Of a DNA stretch of 32,000 nt, positions 23,547 to 32,000 are shown in pieces. The DNA is from Trichlorobacter lovleyi SZ (GTDB lineage: Bacteria > Desulfobacterota > Desulfuromonadia > Geobacterales > Pseudopelobacteraceae): positions 960,001 to 992,000 of the forward strand of contig NC_010814.1 of assembly GCF_000020385.1 (NCBI RefSeq). Reading direction: 5' to 3'. Made by a program: the position numbers and the translations under genes. The notes below the pieces were generated by a model that saw only the letters and a program-made list of their open reading frames with translations, had not been told where the DNA came from and did no database searches. Each line of letters begins with the position of its first letter. Position 1 is the first letter of the stretch.

Positions 23547-24488
23547 ATGATGGAATGTTTTTGCACAGACCCGGCTCAGGTTATTGGCCGTTTTGCTCCG
23601 TCTCCCACCGGTCCTCTGCACCTCGGTTCGCTGGTGGCTGCTCTGGGCAGTTGGCTGATGGCGAGACGTGCCGGCGGACAGTGGTTGTTGAGGATTGATG
23701 ATCTGGATGGTCCCCGCTGCCGGCAGGAGTTTGAGGACGATATTCTGCGGACCCTTGAGCGGTTCGGTCTCTGCTGGGATGGTGCTGTAACCCGTCAACG
23801 TGATAATACCGTCGCCTATGCCGGGGCCTTTGAGCGTCTGCGGGAGCTGGGGGCTGTCTACCCCTGCAGCTGCAGCCGGGCCGAGATCGCCCGTAGCGCC
23901 TCGGCCCCGCACCCCGGTGAAGAGATCCTCTATCCTGGCACCTGTCGTAACGGCCTGCCTGCCGGACGTGAGCCGAAGGCCTGGCGGCTGTGTACCACAG
24001 GTGTGCAGATTGCCTTTGATGATCTGCGCCATGGCAGGATTGCCACTGCTCTGGACCGGTCCGGTGATTTTGTGGTCAAGCGTGCGGAAGGTTTTTTTGC
24101 CTATCAACTGGCGGTGGTGGTGGATGATCACCTGAGCGGTGTCAATCAGGTGGTGCGGGGGGATGACCTGCTGGATTCAACCCCGCGGCAGGTCTGGCTG
24201 CATCAGCTGCTGGGGTGGCCGCTGCCGCAGTATTGCCACCTGCCGCTGGTAACCGCTCCCGATGGGGGCAAGCTCAGCAAGCGGGACAATACGGTCTCGC
24301 TGGCGGATGGCGGGATGGCCGGCAAAGAGTCTGAGCTGTTGATCTGGGCGCTTGATTTTCTTGGGTTGGCAGTGCCGGATGCACTGCGCGGGGCGAACTG
24401 CGCAGAGTTGTTGAACTGGGCGCGGGAGGCATTCGTCCCGGATCAAATGCAGCAGATTTCCGCCAGTTCCTTTTCTGCAGCAGCATAA
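23547..24488 (+). CDS. gluQ: Glutamyl-Q tRNA(Asp) synthetase (truncated GluRS paralog)
   Basis: GRFAPSPTGPLHLGSL is a HIGH-type motif and GGKLSKRDN is KMSKS-type. The ~310-aa length lacks an anticodon-binding domain. Confidence 0.85.
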   Translation: MMECFCTDPAQVIGRFAPSPTGPLHLGSLVAALGSWLMARRAGGQWLLRIDDLDGPRCRQEFEDDILRTLERFGLCWDGAVTRQRDNTVAYAGAFERLRELGAVYPCSCSRAEIARSASAPHPGEEILYPGTCRNGLPAGREPKAWRLCTTGVQIAFDDLRHGRIATALDRSGDFVVKRAEGFFAYQLAVVVDDHLSGVNQVVRGDDLLDSTPRQVWLHQLLGWPLPQYCHLPLVTAPDGGKLSKRDNTVSLADGGMAGKESELLIWALDFLGLAVPDALRGANCAELLNWAREAFVPDQMQQISASSFSAAA

Positions 24489-25459
24489 TCTTCAAGATTG
24501 ATGGTCCCCTCCGGCTCCCATTTTCTGACCCGGTAATAGAGCTTGTCGTAGTACTGCTCGATCAGATCCTGGGCCACCCCCGGAATATCCCAGGCTGCAA
24601 GTTTGTTCTGCAGCTCTGTGTACTGCGGCCCCCCCAGTTTTTTCTTGATCCGCTCCAACGCCTCTGCCATCGGCTGGCGGTATTCCTCCATCGCATATTC
24701 GGCAGACAGGCGCTTGACCCTGGTTGCCACTGACACCTCACACCAGACCTTGGTGCCGGCTGCCATAACCTCATACAGGTCGCCGGGCAGGGTCACCCGG
24801 CCGATCCGTTTGCTTTCCCCTTCCACCACAATCGGCCGATCTGTAGGGGCCTTGCGGAAGGCGTCCCAGAGCAGGGTCTCAAACCGCTTCTGGGGCGGTT
24901 GTTCTCCCAGCCCCAACGAGCCAAAGGCCGAGCCCCGGTGTCTGGCCAACCCTTCAAGATCAATCACGGTGTACCGTTCCTGCGGCAGTTGCTGCAGGAA
25001 TTCGGTCTTGCCTGATCCGGTCATGCCGTGCAGCACCACCAACTGGACCGGCAGGCTGACCGATGCAAAGAAGGAGGTGACGATGGTACGGAACGATTTA
25101 TAGCCGCCAGCCAGTTTGACCACCGGGTAGCCGGTCATCTCCAGCAGCAGGGCGATTGATTCGCTGCGCAGGCCGCCTCGCCAGCAGTAGACCAGCACCG
25201 GTCGTCCCTTGGCTGCTTCAGCAATGGTGGCAACAATGGCGGGAAAGCGGTGGCAGATCAGTTCCAGGCCGCGGACACGGGCCGGTTGCGGCCCCTGCTG
25301 CTTGTAGAGGGTGCCGATCTCCACCCGTTCAGCATCGGTCAGGATCGGCACATTGATGGCGCCGGGCAGATGGTCTTCTGCAAACTCCAGCGGCGTGCGG
25401 GCATCAATAATACAGTGGGTTTCAAACAGTGAGGGATCAAACGGGATCGTGCGGGCCAT
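24443..25459 (-). CDS. selU: tRNA 2-selenouridine synthase (SelU/MnmH)
   Basis: N-terminal rhodanese domain with CWRGGLRS. P-loop GMTGSGKT. Length 338 aa. Confidence 0.85.
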   Translation of the reverse strand: MARTIPFDPSLFETHCIIDARTPLEFAEDHLPGAINVPILTDAERVEIGTLYKQQGPQPARVRGLELICHRFPAIVATIAEAAKGRPVLVYCWRGGLRSESIALLLEMTGYPVVKLAGGYKSFRTIVTSFFASVSLPVQLVVLHGMTGSGKTEFLQQLPQERYTVIDLEGLARHRGSAFGSLGLGEQPPQKRFETLLWDAFRKAPTDRPIVVEGESKRIGRVTLPGDLYEVMAAGTKVWCEVSVATRVKRLSAEYAMEEYRQPMAEALERIKKKLGGPQYTELQNKLAAWDIPGVAQDLIEQYYDKLYYRVRKWEPEGTINLEDYAAAEKELAEICCI

Positions 25460-25596
25460 TGTGGTCAGATACTCCGGTGGTTTTTTCTGGGATCACCCTT
25501 GCCATGCAGGGTGTTCAGTGGTACATATAAACACTCTTTCCCTCGTATTTGCAAGGTTACAAACCTTTCATATCATACATCCGCCAGGAGGAAACC

Positions 25597-26574
25597 ATGG
25601 AGAAGAAACAGGTGCATTACAGCGAGCTGGGTCTGGTCAACACCAAAGAGATGTTTGCCAAGGCAATGGCAGGTAAATATGCCATTCCGGCCTACAACTT
25701 CAATAATCTTGAACAGCTTCAGGCAATTGTGGTGGCTTGCGTTGAAACCAACTCTCCGGTGATCATTCAGGTCTCCAAAGGGGCCCGTAGTTACGCCAAC
25801 GAGACCATGTTGCGGTATATGGCCATGGGGGCGGTGCAGATGGCCCGTGAGCTGGGTTCCACAATTCCGATCTGTCTGCACCTGGATCATGGTGATTCCT
25901 TTGAACTGTGCAAGTCCTGCGTGGACAGCGGCTTTTCGTCGGTCATGATCGACGGTTCTCACCTGCCCTATGACGAGAACGTGGCGCTCTGCAAGAAGGT
26001 GGTCGAATATGCCCACCAGTTTGATGTGTCTGTTGAGGGCGAACTGGGGGTACTGGCCGGGATTGAGGATGAGGTCTCTGCTGAACACTCCACCTATACC
26101 AAGCCGGAAGAGGTGGAGGATTTTGTTAAAAAGACCGGTGTGGATTCACTGGCCATCTCCATCGGCACCAGCCATGGCGCCTACAAGTTCAAGGCCGGTC
26201 AGCCGGTACCGCCGCTCCGTTTTGATATCCTGGCCGAGTGCGAAAAACGGCTGCCCGGTTTCCCGATCGTACTGCACGGCGCCTCTTCGGTGGTGCAGGA
26301 GTATGTGGAGCTGATCAACCAGAACGGCGGCAAGATGGAGGGGGCTGTTGGTGTGCCGGAGGAGCAGCTGCGTCAGGCTGCGGCTAGCGCGGTCTGCAAG
26401 ATCAATATTGATTCCGACGGCCGTCTGGCTGTCACCGCCAAGGTGCGGGAATACTTTGGCAAGGATCCCAAAGAGTTTGATCCCCGTAAATACCTTGGCG
26501 AGGCCCGCAAGGAACTGATCAAGCTGATTAAGCATAAGAATGAGACAGTATTGGGATCTGCCGGTAAAGCCTAG
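25597..26574 (+). CDS. fba: Fructose-1,6-bisphosphate aldolase, class II
   Basis: YAIPAYNFNNLEQLQAIV, HLDHG, VEGELG and GTSHGAYKF are class II aldolase signatures. I place the start at ATG 25597 after an AGGAGG RBS; the track start at 25549 is unlikely. Confidence 0.9.
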   Translation: MEKKQVHYSELGLVNTKEMFAKAMAGKYAIPAYNFNNLEQLQAIVVACVETNSPVIIQVSKGARSYANETMLRYMAMGAVQMARELGSTIPICLHLDHGDSFELCKSCVDSGFSSVMIDGSHLPYDENVALCKKVVEYAHQFDVSVEGELGVLAGIEDEVSAEHSTYTKPEEVEDFVKKTGVDSLAISIGTSHGAYKFKAGQPVPPLRFDILAECEKRLPGFPIVLHGASSVVQEYVELINQNGGKMEGAVGVPEEQLRQAAASAVCKINIDSDGRLAVTAKVREYFGKDPKEFDPRKYLGEARKELIKLIKHKNETVLGSAGKA

Positions 26575-26575
26575 T

Positions 26576-26697
26576 GACAATTCCAACTCAAGGCGCTATC
26601 TGCGTTGGCTCGTCGACGACTCCTCAGCGTACTACCGTGTACGCCTGCGTCGTCGTACTCCTCGCCGCCTTGATTTCATCCTTGATTTGAAATTGTC
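26576..26697. repeat. Copy C (divergent) of the intergenic inverted-repeat element family
   Basis: Termini GACAATTCCAACTCAAGGCG ... CGCCTTGATTTCATCCTTGATTTGAAATTGTC; the right arm carries a tandem CCTTGATTTSA duplication. The internal CTATCTGCGTTGGCTCG..ACTCCTC..GCCGCCTTGAT is related to copies A and B. Confidence 0.6.
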
Positions 26698-26720
26698 AAA
26701 CCAAGTATGAGGTGAAGCCC

Positions 26721-27095
26721 ATGAGTACCAGAAAATTCTCCCGTGTGCCATTCCATGTCACTGCGACCGCTACAGTCGGCGGTCGCAGCTTTCAGGGCAA
26801 GGTCAGTAACCTCTCCATGAACGGGCTGTTTCTGGAGACGGCAGAGCGGCTGCCGGAAGGGCAGGCTGCCGATCTGGTAATCAGCCTGGAAGGGACTGAA
26901 CCTGAAATCGCGGTTGCCTTTCTGGGGCGGGTCTGCAGGATCACCGAGGATGGTATCGGCTTTCATTTTGAAAAGATCGACCTGGATTCCTATACCCATT
27001 TGCGTAATATCATTGCCTACAATATGGCCGATGCAGAGAAGGTCATGGATGAGATCTTTACCAATATCGAAGAGAAAATTTCGTCTGGGGTCTGA
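26721..27095 (+). CDS. PilZ-domain protein (putative c-di-GMP receptor)
   Basis: RKFSRVPF (RxxxR-type) and VSNLSMNGLFLE (D/NxSxxG) motifs. ATG 26721 follows a GAGGTG RBS. The stop lies 15 nt before the MCP start. Confidence 0.8.
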   Translation: MSTRKFSRVPFHVTATATVGGRSFQGKVSNLSMNGLFLETAERLPEGQAADLVISLEGTEPEIAVAFLGRVCRITEDGIGFHFEKIDLDSYTHLRNIIAYNMADAEKVMDEIFTNIEEKISSGV

Positions 27096-27110
27096 TTGTC
27101 CGGGGGTGTC

Positions 27111-29096
27111 ATGAGTCGTTGTAGTCACTGCAAAACATACTCTGTCTTTGGCTTTCTTCTGGGGGTCGGGGCGCCGCTGGGCTGGTTGTTGTTACGTCTG
27201 ATACTGTTTAATGATCCCGGACAGACCATCTTTGAGCAACTGATAGGGGATATCGTCAAGGATGCCGAACACCGTCTGCTTTATCTGTATATGGGGGTCG
27301 GGACATCGTTTGTGCTGGGCACCGTAGGTTTCCTGATCGGCAGGACCGGTGATGAGCTGCAACAGCGCGCCCATGAGCTGGATGAACTGCATCAGGAGGT
27401 CGCCTCCCAGAAAGAGGTCTTTGAAAACCGCTTCAAGGTACTGGACAGTAACGTTAAAAACTTCCATCAGATCAGTAGCAAAATTCAGACTTCGCTGAAT
27501 CTTGAAGAGGTGTTGCTACTCTGTGCTGAAGGTCTGCACGATGTGCTGGGCTATGAGCGGGTTAATATCCTGATGACGACCAAAAATGGCCGTAGCCTGC
27601 GCTTTGTGACCGCCACCGGCAGTCTGTCCCGCGATATAGACGGGCTGGAGCTCCCCCTTGATTCTTCAATCGGGGTGATCTACCGCAGTATCAGCGAACG
27701 CAAGCCATACCTGATTGATGACATTACCCGCTATGATGAAAGTTATCATTTGCAACCTCCCCATGACCGGATTGAGGTGTTACGCTCCAAAAACTTCATC
27801 ATCTGTCCCATGGTGGTCAAGGGTGAGGCCCTGGGTGCTTTCGCCATTGATAACAAACACTCCCGTCGGGCTTTGAATGAGTCTGATCTTGATACGATCA
27901 TGCTGTTTGCCGATCAGGTTGCCAACAGCATCACCCGTATCAACCTGTTGACCTCGATTGATACCCTGACCAGCGAACTTGAAAGCTCGTTCTCGTTCCT
28001 GCTATCCCACCGTGACCAGTATTCGCGCAATGTTGAGGAGTTGAAAGCCAGTATCGAGTCGGTGGTGGATGGCGCGGCAGTAATCGCTTCTGCAGCGGAA
28101 GGTTCCACCGCCTCGGTGGATGAAACCAGTACGGCGGTAAACGAGATCTCGGTGGCCATTGAAGAGGTCTCCCGCAACCTGGATACCCTGGCCGGGATCG
28201 TGCATCAATCAGCTTCGGCCATGGAAGAAATTACCGGCAATATTACCAGTGTTGAGCGTAGCGCTGCCATCTCCCACGAGGTCTCCAGCCAGGTGCAGGC
28301 CCAGACCGAAGAGGGGCGTACGGCGGTCAACGAGACCATCGGCTCTCTGGCAGAGATTCAGCATTCGGTTGAGGAATCCTACGCCGGTATAACCCGTCTG
28401 GCTGAGAAAAGTACCCGGATCGAGAATATCGTCAATGTCATCAACGATATCACCAAGCGGACCAACCTGTTGGCCCTGAACGCTTCAATCATCGCGGCTC
28501 AGGCCGGTGAATACGGCAAGAGCTTTGGCGTGGTGGCGGACGAGATCCGCAACCTCTCACTGCAGACCGGCCATTCCACCGGAGAGATCACCGGCATTAT
28601 TGACGAGATCATGTTTGAGTCCCGCCACGCTGCTGACAATATTACCGCAACCAAAGGGCTGGTGGTGCGGGGGGTTGAGCTGGGGCATGTGATGGGTGAG
28701 ACCCTGCAGGCGATCTATGACCGTTCGGTATGCTCAATGGAGATGACCTCGGAGATCAAGCAGGCCACGGAAGAACAGTCGCTGAGTGTCCAAATGGTGG
28801 CCCGCTCCATGGAGGATATCAGCAGCATGACCTCCCAGATCTTTAACGGTTCCAAGGACCAGGCCAAGGCCACCCGCAGTATTGCCCGGGCGATTGAAAC
28901 GGTTAAGGAGATGGCCCACGAAATGGTGCAGTCTACTTCCAGCCAGGTTGAGGACGGTCGCAGGATCAGGCGCACGGTGGAGTCGGTCAGTGCCATGGTC
29001 TATCAGATGTTTGATAACATGGAGGCCCGTCGTGCCCAGTCGTCAGAGGTGGTCAAGGAGCTGGAGTCGATGAAAAGTACCACCTGCCAGTTGTAG
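27111..29096 (+). CDS. Methyl-accepting chemotaxis protein with two N-terminal TM helices (no periplasmic domain) and a cytoplasmic GAF domain
   Basis: The GAF-like region is [45 protein letters not shown]. The MA signature is [37 protein letters not shown] 27111 follows a GGGGG RBS. Confidence 0.88.
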   Translation: MSRCSHCKTYSVFGFLLGVGAPLGWLLLRLILFNDPGQTIFEQLIGDIVKDAEHRLLYLYMGVGTSFVLGTVGFLIGRTGDELQQRAHELDELHQEVASQKEVFENRFKVLDSNVKNFHQISSKIQTSLNLEEVLLLCAEGLHDVLGYERVNILMTTKNGRSLRFVTATGSLSRDIDGLELPLDSSIGVIYRSISERKPYLIDDITRYDESYHLQPPHDRIEVLRSKNFIICPMVVKGEALGAFAIDNKHSRRALNESDLDTIMLFADQVANSITRINLLTSIDTLTSELESSFSFLLSHRDQYSRNVEELKASIESVVDGAAVIASAAEGSTASVDETSTAVNEISVAIEEVSRNLDTLAGIVHQSASAMEEITGNITSVERSAAISHEVSSQVQAQTEEGRTAVNETIGSLAEIQHSVEESYAGITRLAEKSTRIENIVNVINDITKRTNLLALNASIIAAQAGEYGKSFGVVADEIRNLSLQTGHSTGEITGIIDEIMFESRHAADNITATKGLVVRGVELGHVMGETLQAIYDRSVCSMEMTSEIKQATEEQSLSVQMVARSMEDISSMTSQIFNGSKDQAKATRSIARAIETVKEMAHEMVQSTSSQVEDGRRIRRTVESVSAMVYQMFDNMEARRAQSSEVVKELESMKSTTCQL

Positions 29097-29124
29097 TTCC
29101 GATTTTTACTCGAGGATCTCGTAT

Positions 29125-29158
29125 AAAAGGCCCCTGTCCAGAACGACAGAGGCCTTTT
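29125..29158. terminator. Bidirectional rho-independent terminator between the convergent MCP and yeiH-like genes
   Basis: AAAAGGCCCCTGTC-CAGAAC-GACAGAGGCCTTTT: a 14-bp stem with one mismatch. The A and T tracts allow function on both strands. Confidence 0.8.
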
Positions 29159-29168
29159 GTATTTCAGG

Positions 29169-30101
29169 TCAGCTGATCCAGCCCAGCAGGATCGCAGCAG
29201 CGCTGGTCACAGAGACAATGACCCAGAGGGTGATCCCCTGAACCAGTGGTTTGAGCCCGGTCTTTCCCAGCAGTTCCCGGGTCAGCCCGCTGCCGATCAG
29301 GAACAGGGTTACCACCAGACTTTGTCTGGCGATGCTGTTGAGCGGATGCCAGATCTGTTCAAACTGCGGCAGGGCTGTCTTGATGGCTGCAGCAACAATA
29401 AAGCCGATGATAAAAAGCGGAAACCTGGCCTTGCCTTCTGATTTGGTAAACCAGGCAGCCAGCAGGGCAGAAGGCATGATCCAGAGGGCCCTGGTCAGTT
29501 TCACGGTGGTGCCGATGGCCAACGCCAGTTCGCCATAGGCTGCTGCTGCCCCCACCACGCTACTGGTGTCGTGGATCGCCAGGGCAGACCAGAGTCCGAA
29601 CTGCTGCTGTCCCATCCCCAGCAGGTGTCCCAGGGGCGGAAACAGAATCAGGGCAACGGAGTTGAGGGTAAAGACCGTTGCCAGGGCAACCCCGGTTTCT
29701 TCGCCTTCCGCCCTGATCACCGGGGCCATGGCAGCAATGGCGCTGCCGCCGCAGATGGCGGTGCCGAATGAGATCAGGGTCGAGGTTCGTTGCGGGGTCT
29801 TGAACAGCCTGCCCAGCAACCAGCCTGCCAGCATGGTAAAGCTGATGCTGATGGCGGTGTAGAGAAAAGCGTCCTTGCCGGTTTGCAGGATCATCGGCAG
29901 GTTGATACCGAATCCCAGCCCGACCACCGATGCCTGCAACAACCGTCTGCTCCAGGTGGATGTACTGTTCTTCCAGGGGTTGCCGATCACCAGGCCGAAG
30001 ACGAGCCCTGCGGTCAACGCCATCGGCGCGCTGACCATTGGTACGCAGCAGGCCAGCAACAGGAGCCAGAACAGTAGTTTTAATCCCTTGGTGTCATTCA
30101 T
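29169..30101 (-). CDS. yeiH: YeiH/UPF0324-family integral membrane protein (putative sulfate-exporter family transporter)
   Basis: 310-aa polytopic ORF. LISFGTAICGGSAIAAMAPVIRAEGEETGVALATV aligns with the E. coli YeiH core (GSSICGAAAVLA..VKAE). Divergent LysR neighbour, as in yeiE-yeiH. Confidence 0.7.
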   Translation of the reverse strand: MNDTKGLKLLFWLLLLACCVPMVSAPMALTAGLVFGLVIGNPWKNSTSTWSRRLLQASVVGLGFGINLPMILQTGKDAFLYTAISISFTMLAGWLLGRLFKTPQRTSTLISFGTAICGGSAIAAMAPVIRAEGEETGVALATVFTLNSVALILFPPLGHLLGMGQQQFGLWSALAIHDTSSVVGAAAAYGELALAIGTTVKLTRALWIMPSALLAAWFTKSEGKARFPLFIIGFIVAAAIKTALPQFEQIWHPLNSIARQSLVVTLFLIGSGLTRELLGKTGLKPLVQGITLWVIVSVTSAAAILLGWIS

Positions 30102-30119
30102 CTCCAGCTCCTTGTGCCT

Positions 30120-30257
30120 GAGTCTCTTGCAAAATTACTGCGGAGGCCGCCTACTGCGTTACGTGCTGTTTGCTCCTTCGCCTAACTGTTATGTCTCAGT
30201 CGCTGCGCGACCTACGCCTTGTATCCGACCTTCTTCATAACATTTTGCAGGAGACTC
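30120..30257. repeat. Copy B of the ~140-bp intergenic inverted-repeat element family
   Basis: Termini GAGTCTCTTGCAAAA ... TTTTGCAGGAGACTC. Collinear with copy A throughout. Lies in the yeiH/LysR divergent promoter region. Confidence 0.8.
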
Positions 30258-30287
30258 AACTGATTGATGGTTGCTACTTTAGTCAGA

Positions 30288-30320
30288 AATAATTATAAAT
30301 AAAAATGAATAATAATTATT
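30288..30320. promoter_or_regulatory. AT-rich inverted repeat, candidate LysR-type binding site
   Basis: AATAATTAT (30288-30296) and ATAATTATT (30312-30320) form a perfect 9-bp inverted repeat with a 15-nt spacer. It lies 24 nt upstream of the LysR ATG. Confidence 0.3.
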
Positions 30321-30343
30321 AAATTGATCAATGGGATTTATGA

Positions 30344-31228
30344 ATGTCCTTGTCCCTCCGACAACTGGAAATTTTTGAAAAGATCGCCTCCACCGGTAGT
30401 GTTACCAGGGCCGGAGAGGAGCTGCTGCTGACCCAGTCAGCGGTCAGCATGGCCCTGTCCCAGCTTGAACAGCTCAGCAGTGTCCCGCTCTTTGAGCGAT
30501 CAGGCAGACGTCTGGTGCTGAATGATGCCGGTCGGCTGTTACTGAAGGATGCCCGTGACATACTCCTGGCTGTCAAACGGGTTGAACAACAGTTACAGGG
30601 TGAAACCGGCCAGCTGGCAGGAGAACTGCTTGTCGGCGGCAGCACCACCATTGCCAACTACCTGCTGCCGTCGCTGTTAGGTGATTTTGCCCGCAGCTAC
30701 CCGCACACCAGGGTGCAATTAACAGTTGGCAATACGCAACAGGTGGCAGATCTGCTGGCAGCTGGACAGCTGGATATCGCCTTTGTAGAGGGGCCTTGCC
30801 ATAACCGCGAACTGGTTGCCGTGCATTGGCGGGATGATGAACTGGTGGTGGTGGCCGGCGCTGAACACCCGTGGGGCAGGGATAAGCGGGTGACACCGGA
30901 GCAGTTGGCCGCAGCCCCCTGGATTATGCGGGAAAAAGGTTCCGGTACCCGTGAAATCTTTGAAGATGCCATGGACAGGGCCGGCATCAGGTATGACATT
31001 GCGCTGGAGTTTGGTCATACCGAGGCGATCAAGAACGGTGTTGCTGCCGGGCTGGGGGTAAGCTGTCTCTCGCGGATTGCCGTTGATCGGGAGCTGGAAT
31101 ACGGCCGGCTGGTTGAAGTAGCAAGTCCGTTGCTGCTGGATCGTTCACTGACCCTGCTGAAGCGGCGTAACAGCCACTGCAGCGCCCTGCTGAATGCCTT
31201 TTTAAAGGTGTCAGGCGGTGTATGCTAA
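30344..31228 (+). CDS. LysR-family transcriptional regulator (YeiE-like by context)
   Basis: N-terminal wHTH LRQLEIFEKIASTGSVTRAGEELLLTQSAVSMALSQLE, followed by a LysR substrate-binding domain. Length 294 aa. Confidence 0.88.
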   Translation: MSLSLRQLEIFEKIASTGSVTRAGEELLLTQSAVSMALSQLEQLSSVPLFERSGRRLVLNDAGRLLLKDARDILLAVKRVEQQLQGETGQLAGELLVGGSTTIANYLLPSLLGDFARSYPHTRVQLTVGNTQQVADLLAAGQLDIAFVEGPCHNRELVAVHWRDDELVVVAGAEHPWGRDKRVTPEQLAAAPWIMREKGSGTREIFEDAMDRAGIRYDIALEFGHTEAIKNGVAAGLGVSCLSRIAVDRELEYGRLVEVASPLLLDRSLTLLKRRNSHCSALLNAFLKVSGGVC

Positions 31229-31297
31229 GTGTGATCTAGCACAAATTAATGACATGCTTGAAAAGACTGCTATAGTTGCCAGAGGAGAGCTTACACG

Positions 31298-31675
31298 ATG
31301 AAAACAGCTGCAACCATCGCCCTGTTTTGTGCCGGGGGCGGGCTGACCCGCTACTATCTGTCCGGCTGGATCTATGGCCTGTTGGGACGGGCCTTTCCCT
31401 ACGGTACCCTTGTGGTGAATATCATCGGTGCTTACTGCATCGGCCTGATCATGGAACTTGGTCTACGCAGCACCATGCTTTCGGACACCCTGCGGATCGG
31501 TCTGACGGTCGGGTTCATGGGGGGGCTGACCACCTTTTCAACCTTCAGCTATGAGACCTTCAAGCTGCTGGAGGATGGACAGTTTGTGATGGCCTTTACC
31601 AATGTGCTGGCCAGCGTGGCGGTCTGTCTGTTGTGTACCTGGCTGGGAATTATAACGGTTCGGTCGCTGGCATAA
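31298..31675 (+). CDS. crcB: Fluoride ion channel CrcB/FluC
   Basis: 125-aa, 4-TM ORF. GTLVVNIIGAYCIG and GFMGGLTTFSTFSYE are CrcB signatures. Confidence 0.88.
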   Translation: MKTAATIALFCAGGGLTRYYLSGWIYGLLGRAFPYGTLVVNIIGAYCIGLIMELGLRSTMLSDTLRIGLTVGFMGGLTTFSTFSYETFKLLEDGQFVMAFTNVLASVAVCLLCTWLGIITVRSLA

Positions 31676-31691
31676 TCAAGGAGCTGCTACT

Positions 31692-32000
31692 ATGTCAAAA
31701 CTGGTCGGTGAACAGCAGTTGATGCGGATTTTTATCGGAGAAAGCGACCGTCATGGCTCTCGTCCCTTGTACGAGGCCCTGGTTGAGCTGCTGCGCAAGG
31801 AGGGGTTTGCCGGTGCCACGGTGTTGCGGGGCATCTGCGGTTTTGGCGCCAACCGGGTCTACCATACCCAGAAGCTGCTGGACCTGTCGGCTGACCTGCC
31901 GATGGTCATTGAGGTGGTTGACAGTCAGGAGAAGATTGCTGCCGTTATGCCGCAGATTGACGTCATGATGGGTGGTGGTATGATTACGTTGGAAAAAGCC
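31692..32000 (+). CDS. DUF190 (PII-like fold) protein commonly linked to crcB; 3' end beyond the window
   Basis: Not in the ORF track because there is no stop in the window. Own translation from ATG 31692, which follows an AAGGAG RBS: MSKLVGEQQLMRIFIGESDRHGSRPLYEALVELLRKEGFAGATVLRGICGFGANRVYHT..DLPMVIEVVDSQEKI... Confidence 0.75.
   Translation, partial: MSKLVGEQQLMRIFIGESDRHGSRPLYEALVELLRKEGFAGATVLRGICGFGANRVYHTQKLLDLSADLPMVIEVVDSQEKIAAVMPQIDVMMGGGMITLEKA

Noticed and set aside
31229-31297. Expected fluoride (crcB-motif) riboswitch upstream of crcB
   Set aside because: I read the 69-nt spacer on the plus strand. None of the conserved riboswitch segments is present.
1-32000. CRISPR arrays, tRNA/rRNA genes, transposases, integrases, and toxin-antitoxin or phage-defence-like genes
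   Set aside because: I scanned the intergenic regions and the ORF list. There are no regularly spaced direct repeats, no cloverleaf-like sequences and no ORFs with recombinase, nuclease or defence signatures. The accessory character of the left part rests on metabolic genes and repeats only.

Overview
GC-rich (roughly 58-60%) bacterial chromosomal segment. Multihaem c-type cytochromes, heavy sigma-54 use, several MCPs and CGGAT-type intergenic palindromes suggest Desulfuromonadales (Geobacter/Pelobacter-like); this assignment is inference only.

Positions 1-23.3 kb are almost entirely minus-strand and read as an accessory respiratory/catabolic island. It contains:
- two paralogous, signal-less Mo/W-bisPGD oxidoreductases. 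One has a 4Fe-4S subunit and an NrfD/PsrC-type membrane subunit. The other is tightly coupled to a zinc-ribbon radical SAM enzyme and runs off the left edge.
- an MCP with an extra C-terminal sensor domain.
- two MFS carboxylate transporters, one OFA-type and one AAHS/PcaK-type.
- an iron-sulfur flavoprotein, an exported FG-GAP protein and a porin.
- two split flavocytochrome-c modules (periplasmic FAD flavoprotein plus a separate 6-haem or 4-haem cytochrome). They flank a divergently transcribed XylR/DmpR-type sigma-54 activator. One module carries its own 55-aa tatA, which is absent from the ORF track.

Five near-identical -24/-12 sigma-54 promoters (TGGCAC-N5-YTGCW) sit in the intergenic regions upstream of the minus-strand units. 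Each has a similar AATTG-type motif 80-113 bp further upstream. This points to one co-regulated regulon, plausibly for sensing, uptake and periplasmic plus cytoplasmic redox conversion of an aromatic or unsaturated carboxylate. The substrate is unknown.

Positions 23.5-32 kb are housekeeping or miscellaneous: gluQ, selU, class II fba, a PilZ protein coupled to a GAF-MCP, yeiH with a LysR regulator, crcB, and a DUF190 gene running off the right edge.

A ~120-160 bp intergenic repeat family with terminal inverted repeats occurs at least three times, possibly four. No CRISPR array, tRNA/rRNA gene, transposase or integrase was seen.
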